Shown piece by piece: positions 27,626 to 37,300 of a stretch of 64,000 bases of DNA. Every line of letters starts with the position of its first letter. Positions within the stretch are counted from its first letter, which is position 1. The translations under genes were made by a program, and so were the position numbers. The notes below the pieces were generated by a model that was not told the DNA's origin, made no database searches, and worked only from the letters and a program-made list of their open reading frames with translations. Origin of the DNA: Candidatus Multivoradales bacterium (GTDB taxonomy: Bacteria; Acidobacteriota; Thermoanaerobaculia; Multivoradales; JAHEKO01); assembly GCA_965212505.1 (NCBI GenBank), contig OZ243123.1:38141-102140 (forward strand). The letters are read 5' to 3'.

Positions 27626-29066
27626 CCTGGACGTCCGGCTGGCAAGAGCCCGGATCGGTCAGGCTGACCGTGTGCATGCCGGGAGTGCTCGTCTGACTGG
27701 TGGTCGTGCGATCGCCGTTGACGACCAGCACCATCGGTGATCCGTCGACCGCGACGACCAGCGTCTCACCGTCGTGCGAGGTGTCGGTCAGGATCACGCG
27801 CGCCTGCACGTTGTTCCCGGCCTGGCAGCGCGCTTGGAAGGTCGCGATGTCGCCGCACGGTATTCCGGTCCCCGTGCCCGGCGCCTGACTCACGATCTCC
27901 AGTGCGGCGGGGGTGCCCGGTTTGAACAGCTTCACGCGCACGTTGGTGGCCGCCGGCGGTGCGTCTGCCTCGAACCAGTAGTTGTAGGTCGTGCCCCAGC
28001 GTAGAGCGTTGGCGTTGGGGTTGGCGGCGAACGACTGGGTCGCCCAGGTCACGACGCTCGAAGCGCCGATTCCGGTGCCGCTCCAGTCGGTCAGGTCGTA
28101 GGGCTCGCCCGAGTGCGAGTCGACATCGTTGAAACCTACGTTGGTGATGTTCGTGCCGATCGGAATGGGAACCGAAAAGCCCTGAATCGAGCGGTCGGAG
28201 TTGATGTTGTGGAGGGCGTAGTCGTAGCGATACTGACCGCCGCCGAGGTCTGTCACCTTGGTCGCCAGGCGTACCGTGCCGTCGCCCGGAATCTCGAGGT
28301 CCGCGAGTTGCACCGAGGGGTCGATGTCTTGCCAGGCCATCAGGGCGTCGCGGGTCGGCTGCGTCTGCCCGGCGAAGGAGAGGTCGAGGTCGTTCTGGAC
28401 GTTGACCTCGCGATAGGAGGGGTTGTTGGCTCCGTTGCCGGCTGCCGCCTCGTCTGGAGCGACGTACTGCCCTTCGACGAAGTAGCGTGCGCCGGGATTC
28501 ATCGCCGGGTCGACGTCGTCGACGTGCACCTGAATGCGCTTGTAGACGGCGTCGCCGTTGACGCCCTGGTCGCCGTACGGCCAGAGGAAGTCGCCGGTTG
28601 CCGCGTTGACCTCGGAACGGGGGCCCAGTCCGCCCACGCCTCCAGAGCCGTCCTGGTCACCGTTGAGACCCGAGCCGTACGGGTCGGAACAGCCGACGCC
28701 GAGCTTCGTGCTCGTGCCCGGGTTCTGGCAGGGCACGCCACAGGCGCTCCCGTTGACCGAGGCGAAGCCGTGCTTGAGCCAGCTCTGGCCGATCTGCTCC
28801 ATCCGACCGTCTTTCAGGCGGTAGAGATTCTGAGCGATCACGGGGTGCTGGTTCGAGCTGGCGATCCACTCGCCGTCCTCGTCTCCGAAGTTGCAGATCT
28901 CGGTGCCGATCGAGTAGGCGACGACGTCGCCGACCTGGCCCCAGCGCTCGGTTGCGTAGATGTCCTGCAGCACCAGATCTGGTCCGACCTGAGCGTTGAG
29001 TACGGCGGTGGCGAACAGACTCAGTGCGAAGACCGAGCCTCGGAATACGACTCTCGATTTCATCAT
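27612..29066 (-). CDS. Secreted hypothetical protein with Cys-rich C-terminal module
   Basis: Signal peptide; HPVIAQNLYRL..EQIGQSWLKHGF, GCSDPY, ALRWGTTYNYWF; C-terminal C..C..HTVSLTDP..C..C. Confidence 0.75.
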   Translation of the reverse strand: MMKSRVVFRGSVFALSLFATAVLNAQVGPDLVLQDIYATERWGQVGDVVAYSIGTEICNFGDEDGEWIASSNQHPVIAQNLYRLKDGRMEQIGQSWLKHGFASVNGSACGVPCQNPGTSTKLGVGCSDPYGSGLNGDQDGSGGVGGLGPRSEVNAATGDFLWPYGDQGVNGDAVYKRIQVHVDDVDPAMNPGARYFVEGQYVAPDEAAAGNGANNPSYREVNVQNDLDLSFAGQTQPTRDALMAWQDIDPSVQLADLEIPGDGTVRLATKVTDLGGGQYRYDYALHNINSDRSIQGFSVPIPIGTNITNVGFNDVDSHSGEPYDLTDWSGTGIGASSVVTWATQSFAANPNANALRWGTTYNYWFEADAPPAATNVRVKLFKPGTPAALEIVSQAPGTGTGIPCGDIATFQARCQAGNNVQARVILTDTSHDGETLVVAVDGSPMVLVVNGDRTTTSQTSTPGMHTVSLTDPGSCQPDVQVNCQ

Positions 29067-29254
29067 CCCTCCCGTAGCGAGCCGAAGCGTCGAAGCGAAT
29101 ACGAAGGCCAAAAAGGCCTATAGAAACCTGTCTATAACAGGTGTTTAGTGTACCAGCCCGGGCGGGTGTGCCGAGCTGGAAGGGCTGGCAATGAGAGGGT
29201 GGGACGAGGGGAGCGCGGTCACGCCGCGCTCCCCGGTGAACGCGCTGCGGTCGA

Positions 29255-29749
29255 CTAGAGAGAGTCCGACGGCACGCTGCGGATCTTCGGCCACTGACGC
29301 TCGGCCTTGTCGATGTTCGCGAGCAGCTTCTTCTCCCAGGTCGCTTTGATCGCGGGGTTCAGGTTGAAGAAGAGGCGGCCGTCGACGATTCGGAAGACCT
29401 CGGGGTCACCGTCGAACTTCTTCCCAACGGAGACCCCGTAGGCGCAGAAGCCGCCGTAGGAGGGGGCGTAACGCTCTGGGTCCCGGACGAAGGTGCGCAG
29501 ATTCTCGCGCGTTGCGAAGCGATAGACGGCACCGTTGTGCAGGGTGGAAAACTCGGCGAGCCCGCGGCGGGGGGCGCCGTCGGTGAAGTAGGAGACGGCG
29601 TCGAAGCCGTGGATGGCAAGCGGTCCGCCCGCAGCGGTCAGTCCGTTCGATGTGCTGACGTCGACGACGCCGGCGAAGGCGACGCCCGTGATCGACGCGA
29701 CGACGAGGAGCGCGAGCAGTGTGGTGGAGAGTCGGCGAGAGTAGGTCAT
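29255..29749 (-). CDS. Second secreted YHS-domain protein
   Basis: HGFDAVSYF, YRFATREN, PSYGGFCAYGV, DGRLFFN. Confidence 0.88.
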   Translation of the reverse strand: MTYSRRLSTTLLALLVVASITGVAFAGVVDVSTSNGLTAAGGPLAIHGFDAVSYFTDGAPRRGLAEFSTLHNGAVYRFATRENLRTFVRDPERYAPSYGGFCAYGVSVGKKFDGDPEVFRIVDGRLFFNLNPAIKATWEKKLLANIDKAERQWPKIRSVPSDSL

Positions 29750-29779
29750 GGTGGTTGTCTTCCTCTGTTGAGTTCGTCC

Positions 29780-30175
29780 TCAGACGACGGCGACGGCGGG
29801 CCGCTGCAAGAAGCCGACTGCCGAGATGATCGTTCCGAGACCGAGGTGAAGGTAGTTGTCGAACTGGTTGATGTGGATGAAGCCGAGGAGCATCCCTTCG
29901 GAGCTCCCGGCCAAAACACCCAAGCCGATGACGCCGACCAGCAGGTAGGCGGGTCCGAAGGCACGGGTGAAGGTGAGCGCGGCGGCGTCGCCACGGAGGG
30001 CGAACAGGCCGAAGAGTGCCCCCGTAACCAGGTGAACGAAGTTGTGCGCCGTGTTGGTCACGAAGACTCCGTCCGCCCCGACGATCGGGTTCGGGGCAAA
30101 GCCGGCAAGGCCGGCGACCGCGAAGGCGACCGCGAAGCCGGCGGCGAACGCCCGGGGTGAGAACTGAGATTTCAA
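29780..30175 (-). CDS. DUF4383-like four-TM membrane protein
   Basis: HNFVHLVTG, GPAYLLVGVIG, DNYLHLGLG; TTG start with AGGAG SD. Confidence 0.75.
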   Translation of the reverse strand: MKSQFSPRAFAAGFAVAFAVAGLAGFAPNPIVGADGVFVTNTAHNFVHLVTGALFGLFALRGDAAALTFTRAFGPAYLLVGVIGLGVLAGSSEGMLLGFIHINQFDNYLHLGLGTIISAVGFLQRPAVAVV

Positions 30176-30341
30176 GACTCTTGACTCCTCTCTGATGGCG
30201 ACGGCCGATCGGTCGACTCGTCGCTCGATGGCGTGTTGGTGAGGAGTCTGGGGCGGTACTTACGGACTCATGAGTTCGCGTTTCTTGCTCGATCGTCCGG
30301 ACTCGGCGGTCGTGTCGGTTGTGTAGGATCGGGGCGAACCG

Positions 30342-31259
30342 ATGGATGTGCTGAGCCGAATCCTCGACGGTGTTCGTATGCGGGGGAGCCTCTACTTCCC
30401 GACCCACTTCCGTGGCGATTTCGGCCTGGTCGTGCCTGCCGAGTCGACGGTGTGCAGGTTTCATGTCGTGGTCGAAGGCTCCTGCCGGGTGTCGACAGAC
30501 TCCGAGGAGGTCTGCCTCGAGCGGGGAGATCTGGTGCTCGTCCCGCACGGTCAGGAGCACACGCTGCGTCATTCGCCCACCGCGCCGCGGGTAGATCTCG
30601 ACCGTGCCCTCGAGTCCGCCGCCTACCTCGGAAGCGGGGACTTCAAATGGGGGGACGGCGAGACGACCTGTCGCCTGGTCTGTGGGCACTTCGAGTTCGA
30701 CAAAGAGGTTACCCATCCTCTGTTGAGCGCCTTGCCCGACCTCGTGCACGTACGAGCGCGGCCGACGTACGACTTCCGCTGGATCGACCAGGTGATGCGT
30801 TTCATGGGCGAGGAGATGCACGGGCGGCGGCCCGGTAGCGACATCATCGCGAGCCGACTCGCGGAGGTCCTCTTCGTTCAGGTTCTTCGCCACTACGCGG
30901 AGAGCGAACCCGACTCGATGCCGGTTCTCTCGGGGATCACCGACCCGCGGCTGAGCCGAGTCCTCCATTCCATGCACACCGGTCTCGACAAGCCCTGGAC
31001 TCTGCAGACGCTGGCGGAGGAAGCAGCCATGTCGCGCACCAACTTTGCACTTCAGTTCTCCGAGAAGATCGGCGCGACACCGATGGCCTACCTGACCGAG
31101 CAGCGAATGCAGGCGGCGAGCCGCCTGCTGCGAACCGGCGAGACCGTCGGCAGGGTGGCGTCGCAGGTCGGCTACCGCTCGGTTGCGGCCTTTACGCGTC
31201 GGTTCACTTCTGTCTTTGGCGAGGCGCCGGGTAGCTATCGGCGGAGGCGCGCGTCGTGA
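30342..31259 (+). CDS. AraC family regulator with Cupin_6 domain (RclR-like)
   Basis: MDVLSRIL, CRLVCGHF, DPRLSRVL..PWTLQTLA..MSRTNF, VGYRSVAAF. Confidence 0.9.
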   Translation: MDVLSRILDGVRMRGSLYFPTHFRGDFGLVVPAESTVCRFHVVVEGSCRVSTDSEEVCLERGDLVLVPHGQEHTLRHSPTAPRVDLDRALESAAYLGSGDFKWGDGETTCRLVCGHFEFDKEVTHPLLSALPDLVHVRARPTYDFRWIDQVMRFMGEEMHGRRPGSDIIASRLAEVLFVQVLRHYAESEPDSMPVLSGITDPRLSRVLHSMHTGLDKPWTLQTLAEEAAMSRTNFALQFSEKIGATPMAYLTEQRMQAASRLLRTGETVGRVASQVGYRSVAAFTRRFTSVFGEAPGSYRRRRAS

Positions 31260-31849
31260 GCCTAGCGAGGCTCGAGGCCGACGTTCGCGCCTGCGAAGTG
31301 TGTGTCGAGCACCTGCCACTCGGGCCGAGGCCGTTGGTGAAGATCAACGCTCGCGCGCGAATTCTCGTCATTGGACAGGCTCCGGGCCGCAAGGCTCACG
31401 AGAGCGGTGTGCCCTGGAACGACCCGAGCGGAGATCGTCTGCGCGCCTGGCTGGGTGTCTCGCGCGAGACCTTCTATGGAGACCCAGCGCTCGCTCTGAT
31501 GCCGATGGGCTTCTGTTTCCCGGGTACCGGCCGTGGTGGCGATCTGGCGCCTCGTCCCGAATGCCGCGAGACGTGGCACGAGGCGTTGCTCGCGGCGATG
31601 CCGGAGGTCCGACTGACGCTTCTGATCGGGCGGTATGCCCTCGACGCCTATCTGCCCGAATTCAAGGGGCGCTCGGTGACGGAGGCGGTTGCGAGCTGGA
31701 GCGAACTCCTGCCGAGCCGCCTGCCGTTGCCCCATCCGAGTCCGCGCAACAACCGGTGGCTGAAGAGAAACCCTTGGTTCGAGCGCGATGTGCTTCCGGC
31801 CTTGCGAAGCCAGGTGACACCGTGGATGAGCGCTCCCGCTTCCGAGTGA
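31256..31849 (+). CDS. Uracil-DNA glycosylase superfamily protein
   Basis: GQAPG, WNDPSGDRLRAW, PMGFCFPG, PHPSPRN. Confidence 0.9.
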   Translation: MSLARLEADVRACEVCVEHLPLGPRPLVKINARARILVIGQAPGRKAHESGVPWNDPSGDRLRAWLGVSRETFYGDPALALMPMGFCFPGTGRGGDLAPRPECRETWHEALLAAMPEVRLTLLIGRYALDAYLPEFKGRSVTEAVASWSELLPSRLPLPHPSPRNNRWLKRNPWFERDVLPALRSQVTPWMSAPASE

Positions 31850-31850
31850 G

Positions 31851-32825
31851 CTAGGCCGCCGCCCCCTCCTGCCGGCCTCGAGCCGTGTAGTTGGCGTAGA
31901 CGATGCCCGTGAGGAGGGTGAACAGGAGAAACCCAGTCTCCATCAAGGTCATGGTGAACGGAGCGATCTTGAAGATCGGCATGATGGGTGCGGTGAGGCG
32001 GAGCGTGACGGCGACCATGGCGACGCCGGCAACCACCCAGAGCGCCGTGATGCCGGCGACGGGGAGGCTGATGCCGACGGTGCTGCGCAGACGTGAGCGG
32101 ACAACCTTGACGCTCTCGGCCAGCGAGGCGAAGACACCGAGGCGCCGGTCGAAGATCATCCACCCGTGCAGCATGAGCAGGCACGCGGCGAGGACTCCGG
32201 GAACCACGAGCAGAGCTGTGCCGAGGACGACGGCTGCGAGGAAAATCGTACGGGCTGCGAGGAAGGTAGGAAAGCGACGAACCGACTCCGCAAGCGAAGC
32301 GCCGATGCCGATCTGCTCACCCCGGCGCCGGGCGACGAGTGTCGCCAGGAGTGCGCCTTCGACGAGGGTCCACGAGACGAGCAGGACGCCGTTGGCCAGG
32401 AGCGCCTGCGCCAGGGTACTGCCGACCATTTCTCCTATCGCCGAGTCGGATCGAACGAAGTGTCCGACCACGCGGAGGGGGAAGTGCACGAGCAGGAAGA
32501 CGCCGAGAGCCCGGAGGTAGAACGAGCGGAAGAGTCGGAGCGCGTGACCGATCGTCGCTTTGGGAGTGAGGGTGTCGAGTCGAAACGGATCCAGAGCTCG
32601 TGTGGCTGGGCTCTCCATGGTGGGGCCTCCTTGAAGTCGCCACCTCAGCAGCGAGGGGGCGGAGCGGGCGATCTCGAGAACGAGCGACAGGTGGGCCTCG
32701 AACTGCGTCCGACTCCTGAGGTCGTGCGTGACCTGCTCCAACAGGTCGCCTTCGAATGCGCTCCGATAGGGCGCGGGTACCCATGCGACGGTCGCGCGAA
32801 CCAGGACTTTTGCGAGCGAGCTCAT
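31851..32825 (-). CDS. Multi-TM membrane protein coupled to PadR
   Basis: N-terminal VPAPYRSAFEGDLLEQ..LRWR helix typical of PadR-partner proteins, then about six TMs; ATGA overlap with PadR. Confidence 0.65.
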   Translation of the reverse strand: MSSLAKVLVRATVAWVPAPYRSAFEGDLLEQVTHDLRSRTQFEAHLSLVLEIARSAPSLLRWRLQGGPTMESPATRALDPFRLDTLTPKATIGHALRLFRSFYLRALGVFLLVHFPLRVVGHFVRSDSAIGEMVGSTLAQALLANGVLLVSWTLVEGALLATLVARRRGEQIGIGASLAESVRRFPTFLAARTIFLAAVVLGTALLVVPGVLAACLLMLHGWMIFDRRLGVFASLAESVKVVRSRLRSTVGISLPVAGITALWVVAGVAMVAVTLRLTAPIMPIFKIAPFTMTLMETGFLLFTLLTGIVYANYTARGRQEGAAA

Positions 32826-33148
32826 GCGCGACTCCTGCCGAGGTCGCGCAGTGCTAATCCGTCCAGCATGCGCTCGAGAGATTCGAGCGAGTCGTTCAAA
32901 GCCTGACGACCGGTCGGTTCGATGCGGAAGAACTTCCGCGGACGGCCGCCCCGGGCTGGGCCGCCGGGTCGGCCCTGGACACCCAGGAAGCCCTTGGCCT
33001 GAAGCCGGTCCAGCGTCGAATAGACGGCGCCGAGCGACGGTCGGATCCCGGTTCGCTCCTCGATCTCCTCGCGGATCGCCATGCCGTAGGCGTTGTCACC
33101 CAGCCGCAGCACGGCGACCAGGATGAGCTGTTCGAAGCTACCGATCAT
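32822..33148 (-). CDS. PadR family transcriptional regulator
   Basis: FEQLILVAVLRL..AYGMAI..GAVYSTLDRLQAKG..GGRPRKFF. Confidence 0.92.
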   Translation of the reverse strand: MIGSFEQLILVAVLRLGDNAYGMAIREEIEERTGIRPSLGAVYSTLDRLQAKGFLGVQGRPGGPARGGRPRKFFRIEPTGRQALNDSLESLERMLDGLALRDLGRSRA

Positions 33149-33155
33149 TCATAAA

Positions 33156-33170
33156 TTCTACAATGTAGAA
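33156..33170. promoter_or_regulatory. Inverted repeat TTCTACA-A-TGTAGAA, candidate PadR operator
   Basis: 7-bp arms in an AT-rich patch 7 nt upstream of the PadR ATG. Confidence 0.7.
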
Positions 33171-33262
33171 ATAGAGTCTGTCCAGTCGGGTTCCAGAGAA
33201 ACGTCCAGTCAAAGTGCCCATCCACGGCGCCAGTGCGGCCCGCTCCACTCCCTGTGGCGGGG

Positions 33263-35224
33263 TCAGCGAAGCTCGTTCAGCAGCTCTCGAGCGCCAGGAA
33301 AGGTTGGCTCGATCCTGAGCGCCTGCTGCAGCTCCCGCGCGGCGCTCGCGCGATCTCCGGCCCCGAGGTAGGCGCGGGCGGTCAGCATGCGGGTCGACGC
33401 GTCATCGGGAGCCTGCTCGATCGCCTTGCGATAGTGCACCAGGCCCTCTTCGAAGCGACCCAGGCTGGCGAGGTAGCCCGCGAGGTTCTCGCGCGCTTCG
33501 AGGAAGTCGGGCTCCAGCTGGAGCGCCTGCTCGAGGCTCACGATCGCGCTGTCCGCCACTCCCAACGCGATCCACGCGAGACCGAGGTTGTAGTGCAGCC
33601 GAGGTGTCTCGGGGCGGGCCGCGATGCCGGTCTCGAAGACGCGGGTTGCGGAGTGCAGATCGCCGCGCGTGGCGTAGAGCGTCCCCAGGTTGATCGCCGC
33701 GGCGGTCGCTTCGGGAGAGAGTTCGAGCACGCGCTCGTAGAGTTCGCGAGCGCGCTCACCGTCACCCTGCCGAAGGTGGTAGTCGGCCAGCTCGTGGCGC
33801 ATGACGTGATTGCTGGGAGCTGCGGCGAGAGCCTCCTCGGCGTGAGCGCGGAACCCCACCGGCCGCGCCGCCAGTCGGTGCAGCCAGGCCAGGCGAATGT
33901 CGACCTCGGCCGAGCCTCGAAGAGCCCAGCGGTCGACGAAGTCCAGGTGAGCGATCGTCGCCTCGACGTGGTCGCGTTGTGCCAGGTCGAGGGTCGGCGG
34001 CGAGCCGCGTTGGATGGTCGCCGCGACCAGCGGTACGGACGTGGAGTAGAGGCGATCGCCGAGGTAGGCGCGCCCACGCACCGCCGCGCTGTGTGCCCAG
34101 AACAGCGCGATCAGCGTGACGAGCGCGACAAGCGCCCAGCCGGCGGGACGCACGCGGTTCTCGCTGCGTAGCTGGAGGTGGCCGATTCGCAGGCTGGCGC
34201 GCGTGGCGAGTCGATACGTCTGCAGGCTCAGGAAGGCGACCAGCGACGCCCACCCGAGGGAGAAGAGGAAGGGGAAGACGTTGTAGAGGCCACGGAAGAC
34301 CACCAGCGCGGCGAGGAAGGTCGCCGCAAGAAGGAGCTCCTCTCCCCAGGTGAGGTCGAACCGCTGACGGGTTGGTTTGGCCTCACGGTTGCGAGTGGCG
34401 ATCGATGGTGCGCCGAAGCCCAGGTAGAGCGCGTCCTTCGGACAGACGCTCACACAGTCCATACACTTCATACAGCCGGTGTCCACCACCCGCCCGTAGT
34501 CTCGGACCTCCTCGTGGACGCGAACGTTCGAACTGCAGGTTGCCGTGCAGTGCGCGCAGCCTTCGCACGCATCGGTGACGCGGATCGCGAGCGGAGCCAA
34601 CTTGTCCACCGGGCCAAAGATGCCGCCGTAGGGACAGGCGTAGGTGCAGAACCCCTTGGCGCCGAGGAAGTAGACCAGCACGAAGCCGCAGACGGCGAAG
34701 GTGATCAGCGCCAGGGGCCAGCCTGGGAAGGTTTCCCAAAAGGCCGACTTGCTGAGCTGGAGCTCCACCGGGCCGAACCGGTCGCCGATCCACAGTCGGT
34801 AGGCCACCGGCCAGAGGAACATGTAGACGAAGGCGCCCACGGGGACCCACCGGAGGAGGCGGGAGCGGAACGGTCGAGGCCGAATTCCGAGCCGGAGGAG
34901 GAGCGCTCGGCAGAGGTCCTGAAGAGCGACGAGGTGACACCCCCAACCGCAGAAGAAGCGACCAAAGATCGCCGTGAGCAGGATCGCCGCTGCGAAGAAG
35001 ATGAGGCCGGCATTGACCACGTCGTGTTTGGCGAATTCCATCGCCTCCGACGGCTCGACCGGCGACACGGTCGCACCGGTCAGGCGCCAGTGCAGGATGT
35101 GAAACGCCGCGAGTACGTGGACGCCGATCAGAGACGCGGCGCGCCATCTGGACATGCGCGACGAGCGGATCTTCCGGGGACGACCCTCGACGATAGGTAG
35201 AGCTTTGCTCGGAGTAGCGGTCAC
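33263..35224 (-). CDS. NapH/MauN-like membrane polyferredoxin fused to TPR repeats
   Basis: FCGWGCH, FCTYACPYG, CEGCAHCTATC, CMKCMDCVSVCP; C-terminal TPRs. Confidence 0.85.
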   Translation of the reverse strand: MTATPSKALPIVEGRPRKIRSSRMSRWRAASLIGVHVLAAFHILHWRLTGATVSPVEPSEAMEFAKHDVVNAGLIFFAAAILLTAIFGRFFCGWGCHLVALQDLCRALLLRLGIRPRPFRSRLLRWVPVGAFVYMFLWPVAYRLWIGDRFGPVELQLSKSAFWETFPGWPLALITFAVCGFVLVYFLGAKGFCTYACPYGGIFGPVDKLAPLAIRVTDACEGCAHCTATCSSNVRVHEEVRDYGRVVDTGCMKCMDCVSVCPKDALYLGFGAPSIATRNREAKPTRQRFDLTWGEELLLAATFLAALVVFRGLYNVFPFLFSLGWASLVAFLSLQTYRLATRASLRIGHLQLRSENRVRPAGWALVALVTLIALFWAHSAAVRGRAYLGDRLYSTSVPLVAATIQRGSPPTLDLAQRDHVEATIAHLDFVDRWALRGSAEVDIRLAWLHRLAARPVGFRAHAEEALAAAPSNHVMRHELADYHLRQGDGERARELYERVLELSPEATAAAINLGTLYATRGDLHSATRVFETGIAARPETPRLHYNLGLAWIALGVADSAIVSLEQALQLEPDFLEARENLAGYLASLGRFEEGLVHYRKAIEQAPDDASTRMLTARAYLGAGDRASAARELQQALRIEPTFPGARELLNELR

Positions 35225-35280
35225 CGGCTCGCCCGCGGGTCATTCTCGCAGATGACCCGCGGCACGCCCGGCGCCGATGC

Positions 35281-37050
35281 CTAGGAGCTCTTCTGCGTGC
35301 GGACCTTCTCGCGCACGTAGGAGATCTCTCCTCCGAGCTGGTCCTGTACTGCGATCGCCACGTGTCCCTCTGCACCTCGGATGGGAATCTCGACCGCGTA
35401 GACGTACTCGCGCTCCGAGCTCTCGATCGGCAGCCGCAGCGGCACGTCCTTCTGCCCGACCGGCGTCAGCTGGCCGTGGTCGCCGCTCGCCGCCACGAAG
35501 ACAGTGAACAGCCCGCGCCGGACCGACTCGTCGGCCAGCAGGACGAGCTGGTCGAGTGGCACGCGTACCCGGAGGCGGAAGTTGGTGATGTCGCGCTCTG
35601 CCGGCGTCTGACTCTCGACGCCGATCTTGAGATCGAGCGGGTTCGAGGCCTGGGACGGGCCGTGAATGAGGGTCGAGAGCACGCGATCGGCAATCCGCTC
35701 GTCGGGGCGCTTGCTGAGGTAGCTCTTGCGGTGGCGGAGCCGGGTGCCCGGTCGATCCACTTCGACGCGCACACGGTGGCGGCGGCCGTCTCCGGGGCTC
35801 GGAGGCTCGTACGCCAGCTGGTAGCCGCTGCGCCAGTCTTCGGACATCTGGTCGAGCGCCAGCGTCACGCCATTGGCGTCGAGCACCGCTCGCCCGCCGG
35901 TCTCGTCGGCCACCATGAAGAGAGCGTCCTGTTGGTTCCTCCGGCCCTCGAACTCGGTGGAGTAGGAGGTGCGAGCCAGGCGTGAGCTGGCGCCCGCGCG
36001 ATTGGTGCCCATGCTCGCTTGGAACATGTAGAAGCTCACCTGGTAGGTGTTCGCCTGCCCGGCGAGGCGGGTCCACTCGTCGGTGGTGTTGAACTCCTGG
36101 AGGGTAGCCGCCGTGGTCGTCGGATCCCAGCGGGTGTACTTGGCGTTACCCATGAGCTCTGTGTCGATCGCGTTGTCGAGGCCCTTGGCGGCACCGGTTC
36201 CGTCGCACAGTTCGGAGGCGAAGCGGTACGCCTCGGCGCCGGGCACGAGAGGAATGCCGTCACTCACGTGCAACAGAACCTTGCGGCCGTCGTAGCCTGC
36301 AAGCGAGTTGACGAAGCGTTCGAGCTCGAAGATCGTGCCCATGACGCGGTTGTGCACACTCTGAGCGTGCGCGTGCGCGATGCCTCCGAGATCGACGCAC
36401 GCATCGCCGGCGACGCCGGAGGTGAGGGTCTCCTCGGAATGCCGGCGCTCGATCATCTCGAGAATCCGCTCAGAGTCGTTGTAGGCGAGCAGGCTGACCG
36501 CACCCGATTCCCCCTGTTCACGCAGCACGCGCTTGAGAGAGCTGCGATTGGTGGTCATCGGCAGCAACACGGTGGCCCGGCCGCCGCCGTACGAGGCCAC
36601 CATGACCTCGTCGGTCGGTGAGAGCCGCTCCTGGAGATCGTCGAACAGCGTCCGCATCAGGCGTCCGCGCGAGACGGGGTGTAGGTGTAGCTCGTCGAGG
36701 AATATGACCAGGCGCCGCGGTTCGCCGGCGACTCGAGAAGCGGCCTGGGCCGGCGACCCAGAACTCGGTTGGCGCTGGGTGCTCGCGGTGATCGGGCTAG
36801 GTGCCGTGAACTGACTGATCGGAACCGGCCGGCCGTCGTGGAAGAGCTGGAAGTCCTCCGCCGTCAGGTCGGTCACCGGTTGGCCGTCTTTGCTGGCGAC
36901 GAACACGTCCACCAGCACCAGCTCAACGTCGACACGATCGCCGAAGACGGCCTCTTCTTGAGCGGCCGCTACAAACGGCAGCGTCGCCAAGAGGGCGAGC
37001 CCTAGGCAGGCCAGGTGGAACCGGTTGGGGAATCTCGTTTCGGGTCTCAT
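35281..37050 (-). CDS. VWFA-related acidobacterial domain protein
   Basis: VELVLVDVFV..DLTAEDFQLF, LVIFLDELH, GRKVLLHVSDG, ADETGGRA, YQLAYEP, LRHRKSY. Confidence 0.85.
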   Translation of the reverse strand: MRPETRFPNRFHLACLGLALLATLPFVAAAQEEAVFGDRVDVELVLVDVFVASKDGQPVTDLTAEDFQLFHDGRPVPISQFTAPSPITASTQRQPSSGSPAQAASRVAGEPRRLVIFLDELHLHPVSRGRLMRTLFDDLQERLSPTDEVMVASYGGGRATVLLPMTTNRSSLKRVLREQGESGAVSLLAYNDSERILEMIERRHSEETLTSGVAGDACVDLGGIAHAHAQSVHNRVMGTIFELERFVNSLAGYDGRKVLLHVSDGIPLVPGAEAYRFASELCDGTGAAKGLDNAIDTELMGNAKYTRWDPTTTAATLQEFNTTDEWTRLAGQANTYQVSFYMFQASMGTNRAGASSRLARTSYSTEFEGRRNQQDALFMVADETGGRAVLDANGVTLALDQMSEDWRSGYQLAYEPPSPGDGRRHRVRVEVDRPGTRLRHRKSYLSKRPDERIADRVLSTLIHGPSQASNPLDLKIGVESQTPAERDITNFRLRVRVPLDQLVLLADESVRRGLFTVFVAASGDHGQLTPVGQKDVPLRLPIESSEREYVYAVEIPIRGAEGHVAIAVQDQLGGEISYVREKVRTQKSS

Positions 37051-37145
37051 CGCATCTCCTCTTCGGGCTCACCACCTCCAAGTGAGCCACGCTACACCGT
37101 AGGAGCAGCGTCGCGGCGGGAAACCTTCGCTACAGAACGAGAAAT

Positions 37146-37169
37146 GCCGGGCGACTTGCGTCGCCCGGC
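37146..37169 (-). terminator. GC hairpin GCCGGGCGAC-ttgc-GTCGCCCGGC, possible terminator after the LytS/LytTR pair
   Basis: 10-bp perfect stem; only a weak U-tract on the minus strand. Confidence 0.5.
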
Positions 37170-37300
37170 GAAGGAGGTTTGTGCATGGAGGGAAGGATGC
37201 GTTGTGACCCGTCGGTGCTCCCCTGCGGCATGCGTACAGTAAGACGCTTGCTAGGAGGGCAGAGTTGCCGGTCTTGGGACGAGCCGCAGTCGCCGTGGGT

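Noticed and set aside
29126-29142. LexA box (ACCTGT-ctata-ACAGGT)
   Set aside because: The spacer is 5 nt rather than the 8 nt of CTGT-N8-ACAG, and the 6-bp arms are too short to call.
18943-29749. Selenocysteine in the YHS proteins
   Set aside because: Both GG[YF]CAY motifs use TGC (Cys); there is no in-frame TGA.
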